Shown here piece after piece: positions 25,856 to 39,318 of a DNA stretch of 64,000 nucleotides. The translations under genes and the position numbers were made by a program. Where the stretch lies: NCBI GenBank assembly GCA_951406725.2, contig OX597817.1:5828001-5892000 (forward strand), in the 5' to 3' direction. The notes below the pieces were generated by a model. That model did no database searches. It was given only the letters and a program-made list of their open reading frames with translations, and had not been told where the DNA came from. Source of the stretch: Octopus vulgaris. Taxonomy: Eukaryota. Positions within the stretch are counted from its first letter, which is position 1; the number at the start of each line of letters is the position of its first letter.

Positions 25856-26269
25856 AGAACTTTTCGGTTTGAACGGCAGTTTTTTCTAGCGGTGTCATAT
25901 GAAATTGTCACCCATAATTATGACCCTAGTATCGACCTATTGCATTTCAATCTGTTTTAGGGTTAGGGTTAAAGGGAAGGGTATCTTTTTTCTTCAGAAA
26001 TGTAAATAAACCCAATCTGTTTCTTAAACGAGGGACATATTCATACGGCACAGAATGTTTTTTTTACCTCAATTGGACGTCAATGATTGGTTGAAATTGC
26101 AGAAATTGAAGAAAAAACAACAACAAATATCTTACAAACTATAGAATGTTCTCAATAAAGCCAAGAGAAAAGATGTTTTATAAACACATTCTACCAGTAT
26201 ACAAAGTTTAAAAGTGTTTAGTTACGTGGAAATTATTTTTAAAAACTGCCGTTCAAACCGAAAAGATCC
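25856..26269. mobile_element. Non-autonomous DNA transposon (MITE) with 8-bp TSD and internal TTAGGG repeats
   Basis: TIR CTTTTCGGTTTGAACGGCAGTTTTT / AAAAACTGCCGTTCAAACCGAAAAG; TSD CCTGTTTT (25848-25855 / 26270-26277). Confidence 0.88.
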
Positions 26270-26567
26270 CCTGTTTTTGCTGGTAATACTGAGCACCTAA
26301 ATGTGTAGGTACTTACGAGCCTATTTGTAGCCTGGTGCGTTTATGTTTAATTACGTGGTTAATAGTATGAGGCAACAATTTTCATGTACGTGTGCACGCG
26401 TGTGTATGCATATACAGCAATGCCTCGATATGCGAGTTAATTTGTTCTCGGAGATCGCTCGTAAAGCAGAGTAATAATTTCCCATAGTTGCAATGGAATT
26501 TTATGCCGTCGTTATATGCAGCTGTGTAGACGCGTCAGAACCAGTGTTGCTACATGTTGCGACGTTG

Positions 26568-26605
<38 letters not shown>

Positions 26606-27303
26606 GCTGTTTAACCTTTTTTATTTTTATTATAAAATAAAACTCGTAAATCCGGGATCTCGTAAAGATGATCCTCCTAAAGTGAGGTTTTACTGTATGC
26701 AGTGTGTGTGTGTACATGTATATTCTGCATCTAGCAATGAGACTAATTCATGAGTTCCGGGATTTTGAGGAATATGGAAGCACCCCTTAGTCCTTATTGT
26801 TGCCTGGTCTACCTGGGGTAGCAGTACCTATCAGGGGCCCAGCTACGTGCTAACTAGTTAGCATCGGAATTATCTCGGAATTGCCTCTTAAAGAAGGTCG
26901 ATCACACAGTTCACAATGGACCCAGCGCAGCTCCCTTAATTACTCTTCTAAAAGAAGTTAACTCCATACAAGTCCTGCATCTTCATAACCTCTGGTCTCG
27001 TGGTACTTGATGCACCAGACCAATATCAGTTTAAATGACAAGAGGCAGGAATTGTCTCTGTACAAACCATGCCTGTGCAACATCGGGTCATTGCATTTAA
27101 AGATTAAGAAAGTTTAAGGAGTAAAACCTCTACAGAAAATCTGAAAGAATATATATACAAAGAGTTCTTGGCTTTAAGGATATCGCGAAACTCAAGGACC
27201 ATTGCATAAAGTGTATGAATCTGAGAGGGGAATATGTGTTGTCTTTTACCCAAATCCAGGAAATTTTCACTCCCTCGTGTATGTGTGTTGATTTTGTTGA
27301 ATA

Positions 27304-27679
27304 TAGTATAGGAGCACTCCGTCGGTTGCGACGATGAGGGTCCCAGCTGATACGATCAACGGAACAGCTTGCTCGTGATATTAACGTGCAAGTGGCTGAG
27401 CACTCCACAGAGACGTGTACCCTTAACGTAGTTCTCGAGGAGATTCAGCGTGACACAGAGTGTGACAAGGCCGGCCCTTTGAAATACAGGTACAAGAGAA
27501 ACAGGAAGAAAGAGCGAGAGAAAGTTGTGGTGAAAGAGTACAGCAGGGTTCACCACCACCCCCTGCCGGAGCCTCGTGGAGCTTTTAGGTGTTTTCGCTC
27601 AATAAGCACTCACAATGCCCGGTCTGGGAATCGAAACCGCGAGTCCGCTGCCCTAACCACTGGGCCATTGCGCCTCCAC
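27304..27679 (-). mobile_element. Family A SINE
   Basis: TSD TTTGTTGAATA; small deletion in the tRNA-like head. Confidence 0.9.
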
Positions 27680-29664
27680 TTTGTTGAATACATGTATTTG
27701 AAAGTGTATCTATAAAGTAATGTAATTACATTCTTTTAAATTAGTTCCCGTAATCGCTCATCACCTGACGCAAAGCCACCTTCCTCAATACTAGTCCCCA
27801 CTCAATTGAGAGGTCTAGTCTTGCAAGTTGCTTGGTAACTACACTAGTGCCAGGGCTATGTATAAAGCACCCAGTATACTCTGTAATGTGATTGCCATTG
27901 AGAAGAATATTCAGCCCTGGTGACCATGCCAAAGCAGACACTGGAGCTTCGTGCATTCCTCTTAAACCCTCCAACTCATGTCTCCATGGAAACAGACGTT
28001 ACTTATTGACTAGGATAATGACGATGATACATAGATACATACTTACCAACCTACCTATATACATACCTACCTGTGTGTGTGTATTCTGTATTTGCTCATG
28101 TTTAAATTGAATTGATTTAGTATTAAATCTTGGTAACAACATTTTCCCTTCAATTTTCGCTTTACTCTGTACATATGGCAAACCCCATTTGTTCTTCAAT
28201 TACAATCAAGTATAGAATAGTGCGCCTTCTTCAGCTTATAAAGGAGTAAATATGGTGTCTGTGTGTCTGTGTCCACGTGTGCACATATATTCATATGTAA
28301 ATAGATATAAAGACATTAACTGGTGGAATGTGCCTGTGTATATATAAACATACCTTTACATTATGTGTTTTGGTGAAATACAATGCTACAAGTGTACCCT
28401 AAAACAGTTAACTAAATTGCGAAGGGATTATTTTAAAACGGGTCTCGTAATTAGTTTTCTTGATGTATTAATTTCTTTTGACTGAGCCAGTGTAAGCCAG
28501 ATTTTAAAGGAAAGGCTGAGAGTCAAGGTAATCTAACCCAGCATTAATAGTCCACCTTCTCGCATGTATTTTGCAATGCATGCATGGAAAACCGTATTAC
28601 ATCTTTTCTTCTCAAATATCAGTTTTCCAACGAAGATATTGGTCTCATGATGAACATATTTTTCTGTTCTCTTTTCTTCTTTATTTTATGTAGAGGCGAA
28701 ACACTGGTTTTGCTATTTTGCTATTTCTATTTTTCTAGAGGCGAAACACTGGTTTTGCTATTTCTATTTTTAAATGTATATAGGAGATCAGCCCCCCAAC
28801 TGTTCTGAGTTTACATTTTTGTCTTTTATAGGCAATAAAATAAGTACCATTAATATCTGAAAGTTGAATCATCACCCTTAGATGAAGGTTGCTGCACAAA
28901 ACATTAGATTGTTCCCCTTTCTAGCTCTATACTAAATTATTACACTCTGAACTGTTCATTAATTTCCTACCTTGACAGATACGTGTTTTCTAGGATCCTA
29001 AGTTTTTTTTGCAATTCTGAATTAATTTATTAAAACACAACACTACAAAATGTCGCTTTATGTTTGAGAAACCATTTGAATGATTTCACAGTATTGACTA
29101 CTTGGTGGGTTTTGCATTTATCTCTTTTAATACCGGCCTATACATGACAGCTATGCTAAAGTTACTTATTGTAATTAAGATTTCATTTAAAATCTCATTA
29201 CAACAGGATTAATGACTTGTATGTCCAGATGGCCAACAATAGCACACATGAGGAGAAATACCTTGTCTCTTCTCTTGAACTGCTAGTAATAGCAACCAAA
29301 TTTCAGTCAAATTGTATCCTAACAAATTCACAAAAAAAAAATGGAAGACCATTGTATAAAGAAGATACTCTCTAGAGATGCCGACGACCGCTCGGATCAA
29401 AGTCTCTCGTGACCAGAAATGGCCTGAACTCTTTGCATGAACACCCCTTTACGTAACTCCATGTCCCCCTACATGGCCTTGCTTTTTGCTTTTTGAGCCA
29501 AAAAATTAACTTAACCTAACTTAACTAAATCAACATATTTCATTGAGTGCCCTGGTTAGATCTTTGATTGTGTATCCTTTTAGGTGATTAAAGGCTGATC
29601 CTAGGCTAAACAACAACAGCAAGAACAACAATTAGTTAATCTCCAAGTTACAAGGATTTAAATA

Positions 29665-30166
29665 CCATAAATCCTTAAGTACAGTCCGCCCTTGAGTATA
29701 ATACGCAGGGGACTTTTAGGAGGCTGTACTTATGAAAAACCTAAACCTTGTATATAATACGCACCCCATCTCTAACTTGAGTCAAGGAGGTCTGTATAAC
29801 ATCCTTCGTTTGTAAAAATGCATACGGTAACGTCCTTTATTATTATTATTATATATATAACATAATGCAAATGTGTAGCTTTATTTGTGCATTTTGTTTG
29901 CAGAAAATAAAGAAATAACAGTAATGTTGCTTACTGCAAGTTATGGATGATCCCTTTATGACTTCATTGTTTTCAGGCTTAGCTTAAGGTATTTTCGCAC
30001 CCGACATCACAAAATGCGTCTGAATAAACATTGCCGGACAGAAAATAGAGACTCGGACATTGCTTAGAAAATAATTTTCGTTTTTAACCTCGTATATAGT
30101 ACGCACTGGAGATTTTGACCTTTAAATTTTGGGGAAAAAATGCGGACTATACTCGAGGATTTACGG
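29665..30166. mobile_element. pogo/Tc2-type MITE, copy 2
   Basis: Same TIRs and interior as 20780-21242; TA TSD. Confidence 0.88.
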
Positions 30167-30946
30167 TAAGCCATTGCCAAAACTTTGTTGTTAGACAACC
30201 TTTATATCCAACTTAACATGGATGTTATGTTAGAATGTCGAACCCTGTAGTGTTCACCTTGAAAGGCCTTCTCTTGAGGACATATGGTGCATAAAGACGC
30301 ACGTTTATATCGTTGGCAGCTGAGAATCATCTGGTATAGGTGCCGGGACTGTCAGATCACGTAATCTCAACGAAACTGTGTCTCTTCAGCCAAATCTCAC
30401 CACCAACGATATATAGAATTACAGTGACTTGTCAGACACTGATGTCACAAATAGCCAGCAGGCTAATAATAAAATAATTAGTGTTAGAAACAGTATTAAT
30501 TCCAAAAAGGCAATCTTTGTATTCAACTGAACGTGACTGTCTTATTAGAACACCTAATAGTAACAAAACATGCACGTTAAGTTGGATATTTAGATCGCCT
30601 TTCGGTATATTAATACTGCGTCTGTCACTAATTATTTATTATATTAAAAATTATATGACTCACTCCACTAGCCTATTTGTTACAAATATAGTTCTGACAT
30701 AACATTATTCACATCAATATCAGTCGTCTAGGGCTGGATTCATGGATACCGTCAATCATTTCATGACTAACTCATGAAAAGAATTGACATAGATGATTTA
30801 ATATTTATGTCATTTAATTACAATAATGAACAGTGCAGTATCGTCACTACCACCACTATCACCACAGTTACTGCTACTACTACTACTAATACTGCTGATG
30901 ATGATGATGGTATTATACATTACAATTGCCAAATCGAAACAAATCG

Positions 30947-31185
30947 ACTATTTCTTTATTGCCCACAGGGGGCTAAACGCAGAGGGGACAAACAAGGACA
31001 CACAAACGGATTAAGTCGATTACATCGACCCCAGTGTGTAACTGGTACTTCATTTATTCGACCCCGAAAGGATGAAAGGCAAAGTCGACCTCGGTGGAAT
31101 TTGAACTCAGAACGTAACGGCAGACGAAATACGGCTACGCATTTCGCCCGGCGGGCTAACGTTTCTGCCAGCTCACCGCCTTAAA
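30947..31185 (-). mobile_element. Family C SINE monomer
   Basis: 12-bp TSD CGAAACAAATCG (30935-30946 / 31186-31197). Confidence 0.9.
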
Positions 31186-31573
31186 CGAAACAAATCGCCT
31201 GTCATGATTCAATCCACTTCACTATTGGTTGCCATCAAGCTGCATGATGTGAGCTTCAAGTCTTGCATTGCACTTACATTCATAAGTAGTGGGATCCGTT
31301 AATTTTACAGAGCAAGGAAAAGCTTGCTTACTGTCATCAGACCGTGGTTTGTTTTGGTTCTTTCTTACATTATGTAGTGTTTTTGCTGGTTATTCATTTG
31401 GTACACAGAGTAATGTGAATAAAAGTTAGATGTAGTGCAGGTAGACTGAATATCTGGTTGTGTTAAAAGCAGTGAGGAATAGGGGAAAGAAAGGAGGAAA
31501 GTATGTGGGTTGAAAAGTTAGAGGGAGAGAGTTTTTCCAGTTTGATCAAGATCTTGTTATTGTTTCAGGCTTC

Positions 31574-31983
31574 GGTAAGGCGGTGAGCTGGCAGAAACGT
31601 TAGCACACCGGGCGAAATGCTTAGCGGTATTTCGTCCGCCATTGTGTTCTGAGTTCAAATTCTGCCGAGGTCGACTTATCCTTTCAGGGTCGATAAATTA
31701 AGTACCAGTTACGCACTGGGGTCGATGTAATCGACTTAATCCGTCTGTCTGTCCTTATTTGTCACCTGTGTTTAGCCCCTTGTGGGTAGTAAAGAAATAG
31801 GTATTTCGTCTGCCGCTATGTTCTGAGTTCAAATTCCGCCGAGGTCGACTTTGCTTTTCATCCTTTTGGGGTCGATTAAATAAGTACCACTTATGCATTG
31901 GGGTCGATATAATCGACTTAATCCGTCTGTCTGTCCTTGTTTGTCCCCTCTGTGTTTAGCCCCTTGTGGGTAGTAAAGAAATA
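31574..31983 (+). mobile_element. Family C SINE dimer inserted as one unit
   Basis: Two tandem bodies (the second restarts at GGTATTTCGTC near 31800) inside one 18-bp TSD GTTATTGTTTCAGGCTTC (31556-31573 / 31984-32001). Confidence 0.9.
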
Positions 31984-32465
31984 GTTATTGTTTCAGGCTT
32001 CTGCCAGTCATGAAAGTAAATGAGCAAACAAATGTATATTCAGATCATGATGTATGGTTTGAGTTTTCTCTCCCTCTTCCTCCTCCTCCTCCAGCAGTAA
32101 ATACTGAAGAAAGATTGCACAGAAACCCAAGTCTTACCATCTGATGACGCCATCCATAGCCCACCATAATGTGTTTCCAAGTACATTGTCTTTAATGTGT
32201 TCCTTATTAATAATATCAAAATATATTTAGTCAATTGCAGGTTATATGTACTCTCTTTTAAGCATATTGCTGGTGACAAAGACAAGTTCCCTTGGATTCT
32301 AGATTGCTTCATATAATAAGCTACAAACCTATGTCTATCACTTTCTCATCTTTTCTGAGATGAAGGGCAAATCTCCAGAGTCAGTGTCCAGATTGTTATT
32401 TATGTGACTTATGGATAAGGCTTTGACATGCTGAAAATTAATTCTTTTCTTCATTATTTTGTCAG

Positions 32466-32597
32466 GTGAACGAAGATATTGGAATGGTTCATATACTAAT
32501 AAACAATGCTGGCATTGTGACTGGTCGAAAATTTTTGGAGTGCCCCGATGAATTGATAGAAAAGACTATTGATGTCAATACAATGGCACACTTCTGG
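32466..32597 (+). CDS. SDR16C5: SDR16C-family dehydrogenase internal exon (132 nt, phase 0-0)
   Basis: tttgtcag|GTG ... TGG|gtaggt. Encodes [44 protein letters not shown] with the NNAG motif and the SDR16C-typical AHFW end. Confidence 0.95.
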
Positions 32598-35500
32598 GTA
32601 GGTAGTATCTACATTACTGAATTGTTGTTGATAATGGTATCTTTTTTTTTTATTGTTTTTCTGTCTTGTTAATCATATTATGGATGAGTTGTACATGTTT
32701 CTCAATACACTTCTATATATTATGCATGCCTACTTGAGAACCTCTCTGAAGTTGCCTGACTTGCTTTTTAACACAAATCTGTTTCAAGTCGTATCCTATT
32801 ATCTTCAAAAATGAATTGTTACGTTGAAGAATCTTGGGTGTATTTTGTCTCAATAAAAGAGACTAGCAGCAGACAGATCTGCCTAATCAGAGTTAAGTTG
32901 ATGCTAATAACTATGAATCTGGAACTGTTCCTCACATTTCAGTATCTCTATATTTGTGTATAATCAGTGGTATACTGCACCAAAATATATATTAATATAG
33001 GTTGTTAATTTTGGGAACTATTCTAATACTTAGAGAGTATAAGGAAAATATTTATATCTGCCTTTTATTTCTAGATAAAACTACTGTCACATTTTGTGTC
33101 TTTTTCTTGGATATCTTGGTGTTCTTAACCTATATTAGAACTTATAAGAACTTTTATTTCTATACTAAAAGTTACGATATCCTTTTTCAACAATGCTAAT
33201 GAAAGGCACATTTTTAAAAATTGTTTATCTGTTATGTTACAGAACAGTTTTGCAAAGCACTGCCTTAGGCAATACATTCAAATATAATACCTAGCTACCT
33301 ACATATATCTATCCCCACTTTATATGTTGTCAGCATGCACCATTATCTGTTCTACTTTGAATAATTAATAAATTAAGCTCTATTATCATGTAACTTCATG
33401 AAAAATAAGGATAGTAAGTATTTTTTAATAGAACAAAAAAAATGCATGAAAAAATCAGTTGAAGTTCCAGTAAAGTTTGAACTTGTGTTTATGCACTTAG
33501 CAAATGTTATAATTTCACAACTAGCATATATAAGTACTAAAATAATTTTAGTATGTGTAAACATATTGATTCATATCATAAACTCAAATTATAACGTGGT
33601 ATGAGGCACTATAATTTGTTAAATTGACCATAGTACTTAACTAGTTGGTATTAGTTTTATTAACTCTGGAAGAATGAACAGCTGGTTTGTGCTTTGTGAA
33701 ATGTAGGTCAGTGGACGGTAAAAACAGCAGCATGTTGGAAAAAATTTTGTTTGCAGTATTTAGTCACACCCTTAGGTGTTTATACTTGTTGTAGCATATT
33801 AATTCTAAATTGTGATTATAAATCTCTCAGTCTTGGTTCAGTTGACCCCTGGCATAAAAGACATTGAAGTTATGACCCTCACATCTTGTACTTTTAAATC
33901 TAGTATATCAAGAACTACATCATCTCTTCCTTTTTCTAAAACAGTCCAGTGAGATTTCAGTTGAAATTTGACTGCTATTTCTAGCTGGTTAAACCAGTAC
34001 ATATTGACTACCACTGTTGCTTGTTCACTGAATATATATATGATACACATTCTATATTCAGGGCTGTTAAAGATTTTCAGGCCACACCTCATCAGCAGCA
34101 CTTCCATGTATCTGTAAGATTTACCACATAATGTTGTTCACTTGATTATAAGAAAGAACCACAGGAAAGGCACAACTCATTTCTATTGTTTGTATTTAGA
34201 TCTAAACCAAACTTTGCTTGAGCAGAAATATTTTGAAGGACTCTCCAGCCATTACTTTCTTACTTTTATTGGGGCCATTATATCTAGCATTACATTATTC
34301 TCAGAGTCCTTCACTTGTCACCATGGGAGGTTTTGTTTTGAGGCAAGACTTAACTGCTATTTCTAGAAAATCAAGCAAACACTGATTAACCCTTCATTGG
34401 GAGGATTCATGCTTCTCCAAGCTCTTGAGGTGTTGAATGCAATTTTACAGTGATGTTGCTATCATTGTTGTTACATAGAGTGATATTAGCAACCCTGTTG
34501 TAAAATTGCATTCAACTCCTCCAAAGCATGAATCCTCCCACACTGACATGCCTGATATTTATTTGAATTCTCACATGTATGTTATTATGATTACTAATAG
34601 GATTCAAACATGTTAAATTAATGTTTTGGTTTGTTGCTACAATATACTGTTGAGCATATCTATTGCTTTTTTTTGTTTTTGTTGTTTTTATTTTAACCTG
34701 TTCAACAATTCTAACCAATTCATCTGTACAATATATGTGCAGACAGAAGAAAGTGGAAATAGTCTTACCTATGTTTTGGCTCTTGTCAGAGTCATCATCA
34801 TCATTATCTGTGTACTACCGACTCCTGTTGGCGTCATTGTTAATAGCTATGTACCACCTTGACTTATCTACAAGCGCATTGCTTATAAAGTCACTAATAT
34901 TTTGTAGTTAAAGTAAGTAAACTGGACAGACCAATTTACATATCTAATACTTTCTTGGTGTTGAGATCGAACATTAAATTACTGATGTTGTTTCATTACT
35001 ATATTATAGAACACACCGAGTGGGTAATACTCTGTATTATAAACATTGTAATACAGTGTTACAAAGATTGTAAGCAATTCTGGATCTATGATTGCAGCAT
35101 GGAAGACATATTAATCATTCAAAATACACACAAAGTATAATAAATGACCAAATGAAGTTAGCAGTCTTCATGTCTTTTTAAATGGCTAATTGATGCTACA
35201 ATAGTTGTAAACAATCAATTTGCATATGTTTGTGGATTGCAAAACAGAAAACAATTATATATTTGTTTCAACTCATCTGTTATTTTTTTTTTTCTGTTTG
35301 CACACATATTGTACTGAGAAATTGCTTAGTATTGTTTAGCGTACAGGTTTGGGTTGAAAGCCCATAGACATGTTAGTTTTCTCATTAAATTTTGTGTAAT
35401 ATTGCCTCAAAATAAGCATTTTTTTTTTTTTTACATTTTTTATTCTTTTGCAAGTTTAAGTCTATCAACTATGGCCATGTTGAGGCACCATGTTCGATTT

Positions 35501-35616
35501 AGTTCACTGTAGTAGCTTCTGTACTTGTTTTTATATTTGGATCATGTTCTTATTTTATCAAATCCTATTTGTTGAACCACTAGACTGAATAGCATAAATG
35601 AACATAAACATAATCA

Positions 35617-35840
35617 TGGAGGCGCAATGGCCCAGTGGTTAGGGCAGCGGACTTGCGGTCGGAGGATCGCGGTTTCGATTCCCAGACCGGGCGTTGTGTG
35701 TGTTTATTGAGCGAAAACACCTAAAAGCTCCACGAGGCTCTGGCAGGGGATGGTGGTGATCCCTGCTGTACTCTTTCACCACTCTAAAGGCGGTGCTCCA
35801 GCATGGCCACAGTCAAATGACTGAAACAAGTACAAAAAAC
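35617..35840 (+). mobile_element. Chimeric SINE: family A head plus family B tail, nested in a degenerate minus-strand family B copy
   Basis: Family A sequence up to ...TACTCTTTCACCAC, then CTAAAGGCGGTGCTCCAGCATGGCCACAGTCAAATGACTGAAACAAGTA. Confidence 0.8.
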
Positions 35841-36168
35841 AAAAAAAATATATATATAAAGACAAAGACACACACACATACACACACTTCTGTACAGTTT
35901 CTGGCTGCCATACATATCTTGTAAGGCATTGGTTGACCTGGTACTTTAGTACAAAACTCACTCAAGGTGTCATGCAGTAGGCTCTAAGCCTGAAGCCCCA
36001 TGGGTATAAAACAAACTTCTCTATCACATACACAGCAGTTATGCCCATGGCTATATACGTGTACTTAGTAAAGCAAGTTTCATCATCATTACCTTTATTA
36101 TAAGTTGCCTCATTCAGTTTGTCATTCATATATAAACTTTACTTTAATCAATTCTTTGCCATTTTCAG

Positions 36169-36413
36169 ACTGTGAAAGCATTTCTACCAGCCATGATCAA
36201 AGAAAACCATGGACATGTTGTAACTGTAGCGAGTGCAGCGGGTCTCCTTGGTGTCAACAGCCTTACTGATTATTGCGCCAGCAAGTTTGCAGTGGTAGGA
36301 TTTGAAGAGAGTCTTCGATTCGAACTTGAAGTATTAGGCAAAGATGGTGTTCACACAACAGTGGTCTGCCCTTTCTATATAAACACAGGCATGTTCAATG
36401 GTGTCAAAGTTCG
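36169..36413 (+). CDS. SDR16C5: SDR16C-family dehydrogenase catalytic exon (245 nt, phase 0-2)
   Basis: ttttcag|ACT ... CG|gtaagt. Encodes [25 protein letters not shown]...[16 protein letters not shown]...[11 protein letters not shown]. Catalytic Ser and YxxxK (36271-36285) are intact. Confidence 0.96.
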
Positions 36414-38874
36414 GTAAGTCTGCCAAACACTTCTCTTTGAAAATAGAAACTAAGATTCAGTTAACTGTATTTCAAGGTATAAGAGCTGTACTGGTTTATG
36501 AAAATAATGTCTTAAAATCTAACCTTGGTCCTATATAAGAAGTTGACCGTATATTACTTGGTTGTTTGACTAAAAATGTCTTTCCCTTGAATATGGTTTG
36601 CTGAAATTGGAATGTTTCTGAAATGCCCTTGTGTCTTTTATGCCTTCAAATATGTTACCTTTCTTTCAGACTTCTTTTTTCTTCCACTTCAAAACTGATA
36701 AATTTAAAATGTATTCATTAGTAAAAATGAAGTAGATTATTACTGAGATTGAAATGCGTGTAAATTAGATTGAATTTCAATTATTGTCACTAAATTTATT
36801 TTTTTTTAAATTATACAATTTACTCTTAGTCAAAAATGTTTTCCATTCTTTTTATGTATGTCTAAGTATTGTGACTGCTGGACTCATGTTGCTGCAAAAG
36901 TAACAGTATGTGTCCACAGGCTTACTCTTTACCCCTCTTTTCCTTAATCGCATGTCAGCTTCTGAGAAATTCTTGATTCTTAATGTTATTTTCTCCTCCT
37001 CACTTTTGGAGTTAGCCACAATTGCCAAAGCTATTTATTCTTCTCTTCAAAGAAAGATGATTTCAATAAATCTGGGATTTATATTTGATATATTTTTCTT
37101 CTTTGTGAGTGAGTGAGTTCCTTCCACCTAGCGGTTAGGATCTTGTAGTCATTATTGCAAGACTGTTGTTTCAATTCCCATATCAGCATCCTAGTGTGTT
37201 GTGTTCTTGAGCAAAACGTTTCATTTCACATTGCTCAGTCCACTTAAAGTTAAATGGGTAACCCTGCAACTGACTGGTGTTGCATTCAAAGAGAATGCTG
37301 GCTTGTCTGCCTAGCCTGCAGGGTGGCATCATTTGGTAGCTACAACAAGGCAAGGAAGTGCACTGTGAACAGCGATGCATAACAACATCCCATAGTCTGG
37401 TCGATAGAGTGATGTTGGGATATATATTGCATAATTCTTCCTTATATATACACAAGATTTAAAAGGAGAAGGGTCTAGACCCATGATTCTCAACGTGGGC
37501 CACATGTCCCACAGGTGGGGTATGGTAATATTTGGTGCGGCATGCATAGGGTTATGCTGAATTTTCATACCTTTTGTATACAATGTTTAGTATACCAATA
37601 GAGAAAGAGGGCAATTCAAGAAGGTGTTATTTAAAAAAAATTCCTTACATCCCTTCTGTTGACAGTTTTATCAAATTTTGAACACTTTAGAGACAACAGG
37701 TCATTTTCATCTTATTCGTAAGATCTGTTGTCACTAAAGAGGGAATAGATTATTTCCTCTTATTTAGTGGTATGTGAAGACATTGTAGGTAATTACAAAA
37801 GCATATGTGTGTGTGTGTGTGCACGTGCGTGCTTGCGTGTGTGTGCTTGTATGTAGTATAGAACTGGTTAGTACTGAAAGCAATGCCATCTTAATTCCCT
37901 ATGGCAAAATAAACTGGAGACAGGTATATGTGTGCGGGTAGTATTGACTCTTTTATCTCTGGCGACAATAAAAATCTAGGTATATAAGAAAAATGTGGTG
38001 CTGCAGAATGTTGATAGGGCAATAAATGGCATTGGGTGGGGGTGGGGGGATGAAAGAATCGAATGGTGCAAAATGGGTTGAGATGGAGTGGAAGTAAGGG
38101 GTAGCATCAGTGAAGGAAGAGAAAGAGAGAGAGAGAGAGGAGAAAGAGAGATAGAGAAAGATAGAGAGATTTATGGTACTGGTAACGCACACTTACACAC
38201 ACAGGTATATATATGAACAGAGATGAAAATTAACAGGTCATTTTATTCCTACCAGTGTGTTTAGGAAGGTAAGAAAAAGCTTCCATCATTGATACAAAGG
38301 CTTTTGCAGCTGAGAAGATTCACGGAATATTTTTTGTTTCTTTATGAGCATATTTTCCGAAAGTTTATACTGAAATCTTTTTGAAGAAATTGTTGAAAAA
38401 AATTTGCTTGAACTGAAATCTCTTCATGTTTGATTCAAAGGCATAACTACAGATTTCTGCCCCCACCCCGCCCACGACTTTGGATAATCTTAACTTTCAG
38501 AAAAATGGATAATCTTAACTTTCAGAAAAATGGATATTTTAGTTGTCTACGAATATGTGTTATATCATGTAGATTCCGAATATACAAAATTTTGGGAGGA
38601 AGTGTTTTAGGAAGGGTTGGGGTGGGGAATTTCAGAAAATTCACCGGGGCCCGCTTCAATTCGTCTTAACTTTCAAGAAAATGGATATTTTTTAATGAAA
38701 TTCTCTACAAATATACCTCGGACCATGCACTCGCGGTTATTTCTGTACAAGTCGTCCATATTTGTTTCATTTTCTCTGTTTTGTGCGTTTGCGCATCCGT
38801 AGTTGCTTATAATCCTGGATCATGCCCTCTACTAATAGCTATTTCAATGTTCCATGGAAACAAAAGCTACAACC

Positions 38875-39318
38875 GACTTTGATGACTAGCACCCGTGCCA
38901 GTGGAGCGCTAACAGCTCCATCCGAGCAGGATCACTACCAGAGCAGCTGTCTGGCTTTTGGGCTGGTGGCACGTAAAAAGCACCATTTGAGCGTGATCGT
39001 TACCAGCGTCATCTTACTGGCTCATTTGAGCAAGGTCGTTGCCAGTGTCGCTGGACTGACTCCTGTGCAGGTGGCACATAAAAAACACCATTTTGAGTGT
39101 GGCTGTTGCCAGTACCGCCAGACTGGCCCTCGTGCCGGTGGCATGTAAAAGCACCCACTACACTCTCGGAGGGGTTGGCATTAGGAAGGGCATCCAGCTG
39201 TAAAAACTCTGCCAGATCAGATTGGAGCCTGGCACAGCCATCTTGTTCGCCAATCCTCAGTCAAATCGTCCAACCCATGATAGCATGGAAAGCGTACGTT
39301 AAATGATGATGATGATGA
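38875..39318 (+). mobile_element. Retroposon 3' part (family G) with internal tandem units and (GAT)n tail
   Basis: Repeated GGCACGTAAAAAGCACC-type units, TTAGGAAGGGCATCCAGC, and CAACCCATG..AGCATGGAAAGCG..CGTTAAA(TGA)n. Related pieces at about 27790-28030, 40070-40280 (-), 40500-40565 and 48790-48925. Confidence 0.75.
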
